Of a DNA stretch of 60,790 nucleotides, positions 25,835 through 35,724 are shown piece after piece (within the stretch, counting starts at the first letter, position 1; every line of letters begins with the position of its first letter). A program made the position numbers and the translations under genes. The stretch spans positions 1-60,790 of the forward strand of contig DASSPJ010000006.1 in the NCBI GenBank assembly GCA_035699665.1, written 5' to 3'. The DNA comes from Candidatus Limnocylindria bacterium (lineage in GTDB: Bacteria; Chloroflexota; Limnocylindria; QHBO01). The notes under the pieces are model-generated. The model was given only the letters and a program-made list of their open reading frames with translations, had not been told where the DNA came from and searched no databases.

Positions 25835-26320
25835 ATGAGCTTCCTCCGCTCCAAGAAGGAGCGCCCCACGCTCCTGCGATTCGAGCGGATCCTGGTCCCG
25901 CTGCTCGGGTCGGAGGCGGACGAGCCCGCGCTGCGCCTGGCCGCGATCCTGCTCGCCGGTGGCACCGGGGAGGTGATCCTGATCCACGTCATCGAGGTTC
26001 CCTTCGAGCGCAACCTGGATGCCGAGGACGAGAAGGCGGTGGCGTTCGCCGACGAGGTGACGAGCCGAGGCGAGGCGTTCCTGGAGGAACAGGGCATCAG
26101 TGCTCGCAGCGGCGTGGTGCAGGCCCGATCCGCGGGACCGGCGATCGTCGATGACGCGGTGGAGCAGGGCGCCGACCTGATCGTGATGGGGCTACGCTAC
26201 AAGAAGCGGTTCGGCGGGCAGTGGGATGCCGGACGGACCGTGCCGTACGTGATGCGCAACTCGACCGCCCCGGTCTGGTGCCTGCGCGTCGAGACCGAGG
26301 AGCTGGCAAGGACGCCATGA
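25835..26320 (+). CDS. universal stress protein (UspA family)
   Basis: Motifs: ILVPLLGSE ... GADLIVMGLRYKKR ... GRTVPYVMRNSTAPVWCL. Confidence 0.8.
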   Translation: MSFLRSKKERPTLLRFERILVPLLGSEADEPALRLAAILLAGGTGEVILIHVIEVPFERNLDAEDEKAVAFADEVTSRGEAFLEEQGISARSGVVQARSAGPAIVDDAVEQGADLIVMGLRYKKRFGGQWDAGRTVPYVMRNSTAPVWCLRVETEELARTP

Positions 26321-26886
26321 GGGTGATCATCATCGGCTGCGGGCGCGTCGGCGCACTGACCGCGGCGCAACTCGACGAGCGCGGCGACCACGTGACGGTC
26401 ATCGACCAGGACCAGCGCGCGTTCAATCGGCTGCCCCAGACCTTTGCCGGAGCCACCGTGCGCGGCAACGGCACGGCCGAGGACATCCAGCGCGGCGCCG
26501 GCGCGGAGATGGCGGACCTGGTGATCGCGCTCACCGAGGGCGACAACCGCAATGCGCTGGCTGCCCAGATGGCGAAGCACACCTTCGGCGTGCCACGGGT
26601 CATCGCCAAGATCAACGACCCTCTGCGCGCGGAGGCCTTCCGGTCGCTCGGGCTCGAGACGATCTGCCGCACGGTGATCCTGTCGAGCGCGCTGGTCACC
26701 GCAGCGCACGAGGGGGCGGACGCGACGGCCGGCGCGGTCCTGCCGGCCACCGCCGAGCCGCTGCGCGGCGCGCCCACCTCGCGCCGCGACCGTCACGACC
26801 ATCGCGAGACGGTCGCCGACGATGCAGGCGGGACCACGACCGTCGCGCCGGCCGACGTGCAGACCCACAGCGAGGCGGAGGCGTAG
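26317..26886 (+). CDS. TrkA-N (RCK N-terminal, NAD-binding) domain protein with disordered tail, no RCK_C domain
   Basis: It has an ATGA overlap with the usp gene. The Rossmann motif is MRVIIIGCGRVG. The last ~55 aa are low complexity rather than a TrkA-C domain. Confidence 0.75.
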   Translation: MRVIIIGCGRVGALTAAQLDERGDHVTVIDQDQRAFNRLPQTFAGATVRGNGTAEDIQRGAGAEMADLVIALTEGDNRNALAAQMAKHTFGVPRVIAKINDPLRAEAFRSLGLETICRTVILSSALVTAAHEGADATAGAVLPATAEPLRGAPTSRRDRHDHRETVADDAGGTTTVAPADVQTHSEAEA

Positions 26887-26888
26887 CC

Positions 26889-27548
26889 ATGTACGTGGTC
26901 GTGATCGGCGGTGGCAACGTCGGCTACCACCTCACCAAGGAGCTCCTCGCCGCGGGGCACGAGGTGGTGATGATCGAGAAGGACCCGTCGCGGGCGCGAA
27001 CGATCGCCGACGAGCTCGGCAGCATCGTGGTGCCCAACGACGGCTGCGAGGGTCGCTACCAGGCCGAGGCCGGCATGGGACGCGCGGACGTGATGGCGGC
27101 GGTGACCGGCGACGACGAGGACAACCTGGTGGCGTGCCAGGTGGCCAAGATGAAGTTCAACGTCCCGCGAGCCATCGCGCGGGTCAACGACCCGAAGAAC
27201 GAGAAGCTCTTCCGGCAGCTGGCCATCGACGACACCGTGAGCCCCACCAAGGCGATCCTCGGGGTCATCGAGCATGAGATCCCGATCCACGACCTGCTCC
27301 ACCTCGCCGAGCTCGAGGGCGGCGAGCTGCAGATCGTCGAGGCCCAGCTGGACGGCGAGTCCCCGGCGGTGGGCCGCGAGCTGCGCGACCTGTCGCTCCC
27401 CGAGGGGAGCACGATCGCGGTGCTGGTGCGTGACGGGCGGGCCATCTTCACGCGGCCGGAAACGCGCCTCATGGCCGGCGACAAGCTGCTGGCGGTGACC
27501 TCGGCCGACGGCGAGGCGGAGCTGCGCAGCCTCCTCATCGGCGAGTGA
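26889..27548 (+). CDS. trkA: potassium transporter gating subunit TrkA/KtrA (RCK_N + RCK_C)
   Basis: The Rossmann motif is MYVVVIGGGNVG. A C-terminal RCK_C-like segment is present (LQIVEAQLDGESPAVGRELRDLSLPEGSTIAVLVRDG). Confidence 0.85.
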   Translation: MYVVVIGGGNVGYHLTKELLAAGHEVVMIEKDPSRARTIADELGSIVVPNDGCEGRYQAEAGMGRADVMAAVTGDDEDNLVACQVAKMKFNVPRAIARVNDPKNEKLFRQLAIDDTVSPTKAILGVIEHEIPIHDLLHLAELEGGELQIVEAQLDGESPAVGRELRDLSLPEGSTIAVLVRDGRAIFTRPETRLMAGDKLLAVTSADGEAELRSLLIGE

Positions 27549-28351
27549 CCGCCGCGCGCGTCGCGGACCCCGGACGGGTCCTGCGGCGGGCGGTGATCGG
27601 GTGGGGGCTCGGGCACGCGCTCCTCGGGCGCCCGCGGGTCGCGGCCGCGCTGCTCGCCGCGGAGCTGCTCGGCGTCGCGGCCGTCGGCGCGCTGGTCGCC
27701 ACCCTGGTCGACTCCACCTGGTACCTCGTCCCGTTCGTGGCGGGCTCCGCCTTCCTCGTGGCCTGGGCCGCACAGGCCGTCCTCGCGTACCGTGCCGCAC
27801 GACGGCTCCCCGCGGTGACGCCGCCCGCCGGTGCGGGGTCGCCCGCGATCGCCGCGGCGTGGCTCACCGTGCCGCTCCTTGCCTGGGGAACCCTCTTCTG
27901 GCTGGTGGCGGCGACCGCGGCAACGCCGGCCGCGGTGCTCGACCGCTTCGTGAGCACCTGGCCGGTGGCCGCGGAGCCCGCGGCGTGGACGGGAATCGCG
28001 GAGCACCCGGCGCTCATCGGCCGGCAGGCGTCGACGGCGCTCGACCGGCTCCGCGACCGGTGCGCCTCCGGTGAGCTCGCCGCCGACTGCGGTGACTCGA
28101 CCGCCTCGCTGCTGCGCGACGTCCGGGTGCGCGTGGTCGACGAGGACGCCACCCACGCCACCGCAGTGGCCGAGCTGGTGCGCTACGAGCGCCGTGCCGC
28201 CCGCATCTTCGGCGTCCAGGCGGGCACCGAGCTGGTCCCGGTCCCGGTCGTCGAGCTGCTGAGGTTCGAGCTCGCGGCGCGGCCGGCACCGGTCGGCGGG
28301 ATCGAGATCGGGGCCCGCCGCTGGACGATCGTGAACGCGCGGGCCAGGTGA
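27545..28351 (+). CDS. hypothetical polytopic membrane protein
   Basis: It has a GTGA overlap with trkA. The N-terminal half has 4-5 TM helices and the C-terminal half is soluble. It is the first gene of the MoxR string. Confidence 0.5.
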   Translation: MTAARVADPGRVLRRAVIGWGLGHALLGRPRVAAALLAAELLGVAAVGALVATLVDSTWYLVPFVAGSAFLVAWAAQAVLAYRAARRLPAVTPPAGAGSPAIAAAWLTVPLLAWGTLFWLVAATAATPAAVLDRFVSTWPVAAEPAAWTGIAEHPALIGRQASTALDRLRDRCASGELAADCGDSTASLLRDVRVRVVDEDATHATAVAELVRYERRAARIFGVQAGTELVPVPVVELLRFELAARPAPVGGIEIGARRWTIVNARAR

Positions 28352-28368
28352 CGGGTAGGAGTCAGCAG

Positions 28369-29349
28369 ATGACCGATGGGGCCGCCGCCCGCGGCCAGCG
28401 ATTCCTTGCCGACCTGGAGTCCGCCACCGGGCGCGCCGTGGTGGGCGCCGAGGCGCCCCTCCGCCTGCTGGTGACCACGCTGGTCGCCGGCGGCCACGCG
28501 CTGCTCGAGGACGTCCCCGGCGTCGGCAAGACGCTCCTCGCCCGCGCCGTGTCGATGGCGCTCGGCCTGTCGTTCGCGCGGGTGCAGGGCACGCCCGACC
28601 TGCTCCCGACCGATGTCACCGGCTCGTCGATCCTGGAGCGTGGCGAGTTCCGGTTCGTGCCGGGACCGATCTTCGCCAACATCGTGCTGGTCGACGAGAT
28701 CAACCGCGCCACGCCGCGCACGCAGTCGTCGCTGCTCGAGGCGATGCAGGAGCGACAGGTCACCGTCGAGGGCGTCACGCGCGACCTCCCCGAGCCGTTC
28801 ATCGTCCTCGCCACGCAGAACCCGGTGGAGCTGGAAGGCACCTTCGCGCTGCCGGAGGCGCAACTGGATCGCTTCCTCGTCCGGATTCGCCTCGGCTACC
28901 CTGACGAGGACGGCGAGCGGCGCATCTCGCGGCGCCACCAGGCCGCCGCCGAACCGCTCGACGAGGTGCCGACCGTCGCGGATGCAGCGCGACTGCTCGC
29001 GCTGCGGGAGGCGGCGCGCACGGTTCGCGTCGCTTCCGAGGTCGAGTCGTACATCGTGGCCCTGGTGCGGGCGACGCGGGAGCATCGCGACGTGCGGCTC
29101 GGTGCCTCGCCCCGGGCGAGCGTGTCGCTGTACCGCACCGCGCAGGCCGCGGCGCTCCTGGCGGGTCGTGACTTCGTGCTCCCCGACGACGTGCGCGGCG
29201 TGGCCGCCGCCGTGCTCGAGCACCGGCTCCTGCTTGACATCGACCGCGAGCTGCGCGGGGCGACGGCGGAGGGGGTTGTGGCCGAGGTCCTCGACGCGGT
29301 GGAGCTGGCCGTCGAACCGGCCGAGGAGCCGGCGCCCATCCGCCCATGA
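28369..29349 (+). CDS. MoxR-family AAA+ ATPase
   Basis: AGGAG lies 8 nt upstream of the ATG at 28369. Walker A is GVPGVGKTLLARA and Walker B is VLVDEINRA. LATQNP is also present. Confidence 0.9.
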   Translation: MTDGAAARGQRFLADLESATGRAVVGAEAPLRLLVTTLVAGGHALLEDVPGVGKTLLARAVSMALGLSFARVQGTPDLLPTDVTGSSILERGEFRFVPGPIFANIVLVDEINRATPRTQSSLLEAMQERQVTVEGVTRDLPEPFIVLATQNPVELEGTFALPEAQLDRFLVRIRLGYPDEDGERRISRRHQAAAEPLDEVPTVADAARLLALREAARTVRVASEVESYIVALVRATREHRDVRLGASPRASVSLYRTAQAAALLAGRDFVLPDDVRGVAAAVLEHRLLLDIDRELRGATAEGVVAEVLDAVELAVEPAEEPAPIRP

Positions 29350-30569
29350 CCGGCTGGCTGGCGCTCGCAGCGGCCCTGGTGGCCACTGGCGCGGCCGCCA
29401 ATGCCCCCGGCCTCGTGGTGGTGGCCGCCATCGCGGCCGGCTATGCCACGCTGACGCGCCTCTGGACCCGCTTCGGCGCGCGCAACGTGTCGTACGAGCG
29501 CCGCCTCGGCGCGTCGCGCGCGGTCGCCGGCGACAGCGTCGCCCTCGACATCACCGTCTGGAACCGCAAGCCGCTGCCGCTCCCCTGGATCGCGGTCGAC
29601 GACCTGCTCACCGAGGGACTGACCGTCCGCGAGCGCCCGGACCTTGATCACGCTGACGAGCGCCAGCACCGGCGGCTGCTGCGCAACACCTGGGCGCTCA
29701 CCTGGTTCGAGCGCGTCATCCGCCACTTCCACCTGGACGACGTGCGCCGCGGCGCCTATGAGCTCGGGCCAGCGCGCCTCCGGATCCGCGATCTCTTCGG
29801 GCGCGACGCGGCGGACGACGAGGTGGAGGGTCGCACGACGCTGACGGTCGTGCCCCGCAGCGTCCCCGTCACCCAGGTGCCCACCGACCGCGCTCCGCTC
29901 GGCGAGCGCCGCGCGCCGAGCAGCCTGGTGGCCGATCCCGCGCTCTTCAGCGGCGTTCGCCCGTTCCAGGCCGGCGACGGGCTGCGGCGCGTCCACTGGC
30001 GCGCGACCGCCCGCCTGGGGGCGCCGGTGAGCCGCCGCTACGAGCCGGCGCGCGGGCGGACGGTGGTGATCGCGGTCGACGTCCAGACGCTCGATGACGT
30101 GGCCCACTGGGAGATGGCCTACGACGACGATGCCTTCGAGACCCTGTGCGTGGTCGCGGCCTCGCTGGCGCGTCGCTACCTGGACGACGGCGCCTCGGTC
30201 GGCATCGCGGCGGCCAGCTTCACCGGCACGCCGCAGCGGATCGCTTGGCTTGCGCCGCGGGCCGGCATGGGGCAGGTCGCGCGCGTCGGCGAGCTGCTGG
30301 CTCGCATCGGGCCGGTGAGCAGCATGCCGTTCGGTGCCCTGCTCGCCTGGCTGGCGCGCCGGCTCCCGTCGGGCGCCACCGTCGTCGCGCTCTCCGCCCG
30401 CGACGCGCGGGTGGTGGCACCGGTGCTGCGCCGCCTGGGCCGCAGCGGCTTCGCGGTGGAGGCGATCGGCGTGGCCTCCACGTGGTCCGGTGACGCGCTC
30501 GGCTTCCCGGTCCACGCCGCCCACCTCACCCCCGATTGGCAGCACCCCGATGGTCTTCGGCTTTCCTGA
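29346..30569 (+). CDS. DUF58 domain protein (vWA-like partner of MoxR)
   Basis: It has an ATGA overlap with the MoxR gene, N-terminal TM helices, and the DUF58 hallmark GDGLRRVHWRATARLG. Confidence 0.85.
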   Translation: MTGWLALAAALVATGAAANAPGLVVVAAIAAGYATLTRLWTRFGARNVSYERRLGASRAVAGDSVALDITVWNRKPLPLPWIAVDDLLTEGLTVRERPDLDHADERQHRRLLRNTWALTWFERVIRHFHLDDVRRGAYELGPARLRIRDLFGRDAADDEVEGRTTLTVVPRSVPVTQVPTDRAPLGERRAPSSLVADPALFSGVRPFQAGDGLRRVHWRATARLGAPVSRRYEPARGRTVVIAVDVQTLDDVAHWEMAYDDDAFETLCVVAASLARRYLDDGASVGIAAASFTGTPQRIAWLAPRAGMGQVARVGELLARIGPVSSMPFGALLAWLARRLPSGATVVALSARDARVVAPVLRRLGRSGFAVEAIGVASTWSGDALGFPVHAAHLTPDWQHPDGLRLS

Positions 30570-31956
30570 CCCCGAGGCGGTCGCCCGGCGCGTCGAGCGC
30601 GACCCGCCGCCGATCCGGAAGGGCGCCCGTGATGGGCACAGCCGGCTGCTGCCGGTACTGCAGGCCATCGCCGACGGCTCGCTCCTGGCCGTCTGCTACG
30701 CGGCGCTCCAGGCGGCGCTGGGCGAGGCGCCGCTGGTCGGACCGATCGAGCTGTCGCTCTTCGCGGGTGCCGGCATCGCCTGGGCGCGGCGGCGTCGCTG
30801 GACGGGCCCGATGGCCGACATGGTCGGATCGATCGCGCTCGCCGTCCTCGGCGGGGCGCTGGCCTGGTTCCTCGACCCTGCGGTGCGCGTCGCGCTCGTC
30901 GGCGGGCACACCGAAGCCGCGTTGGGGCTCCACCTGCCCGGATGGGTTGGCGCGGTGGCCGTCCTGCGCGGGCGAACGCACGCGGCGCGCGAGGACGACG
31001 AGGACCAGCAGGACCGCATGCTGCGCTTCGGGATCCCGCTGCTCGCCCTTCCGTGGCTGGTCGGGCACCTTGCGTCCGAGGGTGGCGCGGAGCGCGCCTT
31101 CATCGGGACGGCCTACATCTCGACGCTCATGTTCGCGGCGAGCGCCTTCACCGCGCTCGGCCTGGCGCGTCTGGAGCTCGTGCGCCGCACCTCGGGGGAG
31201 GCGGCCGGATCACGACGCTCGTGGCTGCTGCTGGTCGGCGGCGTGGCGCTCGGCGTCACCCTGCTCGGCATCCCCGCGGCGGCCCTCCTCGGGGTGCCGG
31301 TCGCCTCCCTCACCGCGGCGCTGGTGGGCCCGCTGCGCACCCTGCTGCTCGTCCTGCTCCTCCTGTCGACGCCGCTGATCGTCGCGGTGGCCGCCCTCAC
31401 CGAGCTCCTCGGTCCGCTCCTGCCGCGCGGGATCACCATCCCCCGCATCTCGCTGCCCCGGCTGGACACCGTGCCGGCGGACATCTCGTCGACACCGACC
31501 ATCGTGTTCTTCGCCGTGCTGGCCCTCCTGCTCGTCGCCGAGCTGCTGCTGGTCGGCCTCTACCTCTGGTACCGCATGCAGGAGCGGCGTCGCGCGGCGG
31601 CTGCCGAGGTGGCCGGCTTCGAGGAGCGCGCCATCGTCCGGCCGCCGGACGAGGCGTCCCTCCCGCCCGCCCCGCCGGCGTCGCCGCGGCGCCGTTTCGA
31701 TCCGGCCTCGCCGGTGGGCGCCTACCTCGCCGCGCTGGAGGAGCTCGCCGCGCGCGCCCACCTCGCGCGACGTGCCAGCGAGACGCCCGCGGCGCACGCG
31801 CGGCGGGTGGGCGCCAGCATCGGCGGTCCTTCGCTCGGCCGCCTCGCCGCCGCGTACCAGCTCGTCCGTTACGCCGGTGCACCCCTCGCCACGCGAGAGA
31901 CGCGGCGCGCGCCACGGCGGGTGGAGGAGCTGCGCCGCCGAATCCAGCATGGCTGA
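30550..31956 (+). CDS. polytopic membrane protein with DUF4129-like C-terminal domain
   Basis: The ATG at 30550 lies inside track ORF 30334..31956. It has multiple TM helices and a C-terminal segment (ETPAAHARRV...LAAAYQLVRYAG) typical of DUF4129. Confidence 0.65.
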   Translation: MVFGFPDPEAVARRVERDPPPIRKGARDGHSRLLPVLQAIADGSLLAVCYAALQAALGEAPLVGPIELSLFAGAGIAWARRRRWTGPMADMVGSIALAVLGGALAWFLDPAVRVALVGGHTEAALGLHLPGWVGAVAVLRGRTHAAREDDEDQQDRMLRFGIPLLALPWLVGHLASEGGAERAFIGTAYISTLMFAASAFTALGLARLELVRRTSGEAAGSRRSWLLLVGGVALGVTLLGIPAAALLGVPVASLTAALVGPLRTLLLVLLLLSTPLIVAVAALTELLGPLLPRGITIPRISLPRLDTVPADISSTPTIVFFAVLALLLVAELLLVGLYLWYRMQERRRAAAAEVAGFEERAIVRPPDEASLPPAPPASPRRRFDPASPVGAYLAALEELAARAHLARRASETPAAHARRVGASIGGPSLGRLAAAYQLVRYAGAPLATRETRRAPRRVEELRRRIQHG

Positions 31957-31963
31957 CAAAAGG

Positions 31964-31993
31964 CTTGACAACACCATTGTCAGAGGTTATGGT
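31964..31993 (+). promoter_or_regulatory. consensus promoter (TTGACA - 17 nt - TATGGT) overlapped by a HAIR-like inverted repeat
   Basis: The -35 TTGACA is at 31965-31970 and the -10 at 31988-31993. CTTGACA-N7-TGTCAGA spans 31964-31984, with a perfect inner palindrome TGACAA-N5-TTGTCA at 31966-31982. Confidence 0.6.
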
Positions 31994-32038
31994 GTCGCCA
32001 CGTTCCACCCTAGCGAGGTAGGTTCGAGGAGATCAACC

Positions 32039-32527
32039 ATGGCCAACCTGACGAGATTCGACCCCTTCACGGACATGCTCAGCCTGCGCGACACGATGGA
32101 TCGCCTGTTCGATGACCGGCTCTACCGGCCGCTGACCTGGCGCGCCTTCGACGGCGAGGGGATCGCTCCCGCCATCGACGTGCACCAGAACGCGGACGAG
32201 ATCGTCGTCGAGGCTGCCCTCCCCGGCGTGAAGCCGGAGGAGGTCGACATCACCATCACCGGCCAGACGCTCACCCTGCGTGGCGAGATGAAGGCCGACG
32301 AGCAGGTCGAGCGGGACCAGTACCTGTACCGCGAGCGCCGCTTCGGCTCGTTCCACCGCCAGCTCCAGCTGCCGGTGCGGGTCGAGGGCGACCGTGCCGA
32401 GGCGACCTTCGAGCACGGCATCCTGACCCTGCGCATCCCGAAGGCGGAGGAGGTCAAGCCGCGCCAGATCCAGGTCAAGGCGGCCCCCCGCCAGGTGGGA
32501 CCCGCCGCCGATGGCTCGTCGACGTGA
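32039..32527 (+). CDS. small heat-shock protein (Hsp20/alpha-crystallin family)
   Basis: GAGGAG lies 7 nt upstream of the start. The alpha-crystallin domain is present (AIDVHQNADEIVVEAALPGV ... GILTLRIPK). Confidence 0.9.
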   Translation: MANLTRFDPFTDMLSLRDTMDRLFDDRLYRPLTWRAFDGEGIAPAIDVHQNADEIVVEAALPGVKPEEVDITITGQTLTLRGEMKADEQVERDQYLYRERRFGSFHRQLQLPVRVEGDRAEATFEHGILTLRIPKAEEVKPRQIQVKAAPRQVGPAADGSST

Positions 32528-32939
32528 TCTCCGCTCCGCGCGGAACGGTACTCCCGGGGACGGCGCACGGCGCCGTCCCCATCGGTCTGTGAGCAGTCTT
32601 CGCGACCCGCAGCGGCCGCGGTACTTCATCAGCATCGCCGCCGAGCTGGCGAGCGTGCACCCGCGCACGCTGCGCATCTACGAGGAGGAGGGACTCGTAT
32701 GTCCGCAGCGGCGCAACAACCTGCGCCTCTACTCTGAGGCGGATATCCGGCGGGTGCGCGTCATCCGCTTCCTCACCCGACGCCAGGGAGTGAACCTGGC
32801 CGGCGTCAAGGTCATCCTTCAGCTCGAGGAGCTCGGCAAGATCCGGGTGTTCGACCTGTTCGATGAGGCCGATGTCGAACGTTTCGTCGAGAGCGAGCCG
32901 GAACCGGTGGCTCCCGACGAGGAACCTGCAAGGACGTGA
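32511..32939 (+). CDS. hspR: MerR-family heat-shock regulator (HspR-like)
   Basis: The HTH reads [30 protein letters not shown] ... [16 protein letters not shown]. The start is uncertain: the ATG at 32511 overlaps hsp20, and the GTG at 32589 is an alternative. Confidence 0.8.
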   Translation: MARRRDLRSARNGTPGDGARRRPHRSVSSLRDPQRPRYFISIAAELASVHPRTLRIYEEEGLVCPQRRNNLRLYSEADIRRVRVIRFLTRRQGVNLAGVKVILQLEELGKIRVFDLFDEADVERFVESEPEPVAPDEEPART

Positions 32940-35512
32940 ACACCGTGGATCCCGAGATTCGGAACGACAACCCTGACGAGCCGCAGCCGGGCGAGCAGCC
33001 CGCCGCGGAGGCCGTCGAGCCGCCGGCCGGTGCCGCCGAGGGCGGCCAGGTCCTGCCGTTGGTGGCGCTGCGCGACACCGTCATCTTCCCGGAGATGATC
33101 GTGCCCCTGAACGTCGGCCGCGACCGCAGCGTCAAGGCGCTCGACCGCGCCGTGCGCTCCGGCTCGAGCATCGCGCTCGTCACCCAGCGCAGCTCCGACA
33201 CGGAGGAGGTGGACACGGCCGAGGAGCTGTACGCCATCGGCACGCTGGCCAAGATCGCCCAGGTGATCCGCTCCCAGGACGGGTCGCTGCGCGCCATCGT
33301 CCAGGGGCAGCGCCGCATCCGCCTGCTGGCCCTGACCCAGACCGAGCCGTACCTCGAGGCGCGCGTGGAGGTGGTCGAGGACGCGCACCCCAAGACCCTC
33401 GAGGTCGAGGCCCTGATGGCATCGGTCCAGGCGCAGATCGAGACGTACGTCAGCTCGGGCGCCTCGGTGCCGCCGGAGGTGGCGGTCGCCGCGCGCAACA
33501 TCGGCGAGGGCGGGCTGCTGGCCGACATGGTCGCCTACAGCCCCGACATGGACACCGATCTGCGGCAGGAGCTGCTCGAGACGATCGACGTCCCGGAGCG
33601 CCTGCGCAAGGTGGGCGCCTTCCTGGCCAAGCAGATCGAGGTGCTCGAGCTGAAGGGCCGCATCCAGTCCGAGGTCAAGTCCGAGATGGACAAGACCCAG
33701 CGCGAGTACATCCTGCGCGAGCAGATGAAGGCGATCCAGAAGGAGCTCGGCGAGGACGATCCCGCGGTCGCCGAGGCCGGAGAGCTGCGCACCCGGGTCG
33801 AGGAGTCGGCGATGCCCGACGCGGTGAAGGAGAAGGCGCTCAAGGAGGTGGACCGCATGGCCCGCATCCCGTCCGCCTCCCCCGAGCAGGGCGTCATTCG
33901 CACCTACGTCGACTGGCTGGTGAGCCTGCCGTGGGGCGTCGAGACCGATGACAACCTCGACCTGGCCGATGCGGAGCGCATCCTCAACGAGGACCACTAC
34001 GGGCTGGAGAAGCCCAAGGAGCGCATCGTCGAGTACATGGCTGTGCGCAAGCTGGCCGACAAGATCCGCTCGCCGATCCTCCTCTTCGTCGGCCCGCCGG
34101 GCGTCGGCAAGACGAGCCTCGGCAAGAGCATCGCCAAGGCGATGGGCCGCAAGTTCGTGCGCATGAGCCTCGGCGGCATCCACGACGAGGCCGAGATCCG
34201 CGGGCACCGACGCACCTACATCGGCGCGCTCCCCGGCCGCGTCATCCAGAGCATCAAGACCGCCGAGTCGGCGAACCCGGTGTTCATGCTCGACGAGATC
34301 GACAAGGTCGGCATGGACTTTCGCGGCGACCCCTCGAGCGCCCTCCTCGAGGTCCTCGACCCCGAGCAGAACAACACGTTCCAGGACAACTACCTGGAGG
34401 TGCCGTTCGACCTGTCGAAGGTGCTCTTCATCGCCACCGCCAACATGCTCGACACCATCCCGCCGGCCCTCCGCGACCGGATGGAGGTGATCCAGCTGCC
34501 CGGCTACACGCAGCTCGAGAAGCTCGGCATCGCGCAGCGCTTCCTGGTGCCCAAGCAGCTCGAGGCGCACGGCCTGACGGACGCCAACCTCGTCATCGAC
34601 GAGGCCGCCCTGGTGCGCCTCATCCAGGCCTTCACCAAGGAGGCCGGGGTCCGCAACCTGGAGCGCGAGATCGCCAACATCAGCCGCAAGGTGGCGCGTC
34701 GCGTGGCCGACGACCGGAAGGTCACCGTGACCGTGACCCCGGACGACCTCGAGGAGTACCTCGGACCGGCTCGCTTCGAGTACGGCGAGCTGGAGACGGA
34801 GGACACGGTCGGCATGGTGACCGGCCTCGTGGTCAGCGATGCGGGCGGCGACATCGTGCAGGTCGAGGCGACCAAGATGGACGGCAAGGACGACTTCATC
34901 CTCACCGGCCAGCTGGGCAGCGTGATGCAGGAGTCGGCGCGTGCCGGCCTCAGCTACGTCCGCGCCCGGTCGCGCGACCTGGGGATCGACCCCGCCGCGT
35001 TCGAGAAGCAGACGATCCACATCCACGTCCCGGCCGGGGCGACCCCCAAGGACGGCCCCAGCGCCGGCGTGACGATGGCCACCGCCATGGCGAGCCTCCT
35101 CTCCGGCAAGCCGGTGCGCCGTGACCTGGCCATGACCGGCGAGATCACCCTCCGCGGCCGCGTCCTGCCGATCGGCGGGCTGAAGTCCAAGCTGCTCGCC
35201 GCGCACCTCGCCGGCGTGAAGACGGTCCTCATCCCGCAGCGCAACGAGAAGGACCTGGTCGACGTGCCCGAGGAGGTGCGCACCCAGCTCCGCATCGTGC
35301 CGGTCGAGACGATGGACCAGGTGCTGGCCGAGGCGCTCATCGACGCGCCGCGGCCCGCGGCCCGCATCAAGGCCGAGCGCGACCAGCGCCAGCGACGCGC
35401 CGCGGCCCGACCGCGCCGGACCCGCAAGCCGGCGGACGAGGAGGCGCCGGTCGCCGCCAAGCCGGCGGCGCCGAAGCGTCCACAGCCCCAGCCGCCGGCG
35501 GGCAGTGCCTGA
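32936..35512 (+). CDS. lon: ATP-dependent Lon protease
   Basis: It has a Lon N-domain ([19 protein letters not shown]), Walker [10 protein letters not shown], and the catalytic Ser context [11 protein letters not shown]. It shares a GTGA overlap with hspR. Confidence 0.95.
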   Translation: MNTVDPEIRNDNPDEPQPGEQPAAEAVEPPAGAAEGGQVLPLVALRDTVIFPEMIVPLNVGRDRSVKALDRAVRSGSSIALVTQRSSDTEEVDTAEELYAIGTLAKIAQVIRSQDGSLRAIVQGQRRIRLLALTQTEPYLEARVEVVEDAHPKTLEVEALMASVQAQIETYVSSGASVPPEVAVAARNIGEGGLLADMVAYSPDMDTDLRQELLETIDVPERLRKVGAFLAKQIEVLELKGRIQSEVKSEMDKTQREYILREQMKAIQKELGEDDPAVAEAGELRTRVEESAMPDAVKEKALKEVDRMARIPSASPEQGVIRTYVDWLVSLPWGVETDDNLDLADAERILNEDHYGLEKPKERIVEYMAVRKLADKIRSPILLFVGPPGVGKTSLGKSIAKAMGRKFVRMSLGGIHDEAEIRGHRRTYIGALPGRVIQSIKTAESANPVFMLDEIDKVGMDFRGDPSSALLEVLDPEQNNTFQDNYLEVPFDLSKVLFIATANMLDTIPPALRDRMEVIQLPGYTQLEKLGIAQRFLVPKQLEAHGLTDANLVIDEAALVRLIQAFTKEAGVRNLEREIANISRKVARRVADDRKVTVTVTPDDLEEYLGPARFEYGELETEDTVGMVTGLVVSDAGGDIVQVEATKMDGKDDFILTGQLGSVMQESARAGLSYVRARSRDLGIDPAAFEKQTIHIHVPAGATPKDGPSAGVTMATAMASLLSGKPVRRDLAMTGEITLRGRVLPIGGLKSKLLAAHLAGVKTVLIPQRNEKDLVDVPEEVRTQLRIVPVETMDQVLAEALIDAPRPAARIKAERDQRQRRAAARPRRTRKPADEEAPVAAKPAAPKRPQPQPPAGSA

Positions 35513-35724
35513 GGCGACCGATGGATCGGCCGATGCATCGATGGGATGACGCCTGGCCGCCCGATTCGGGCGTCGCTTCATCGACGCATCGATGGAACCG
35601 TGGCCCGAGACGGTCATTCGGCGCCGTCCCGGCGCCAGGCGGACCGATCAATCGTCGGTGCGTGGCCCGGAGCCCGGCGTGGGGCGATACGCCGGCGGTC
35701 CATCGGTAAGGGGGTCGGCGAGCC

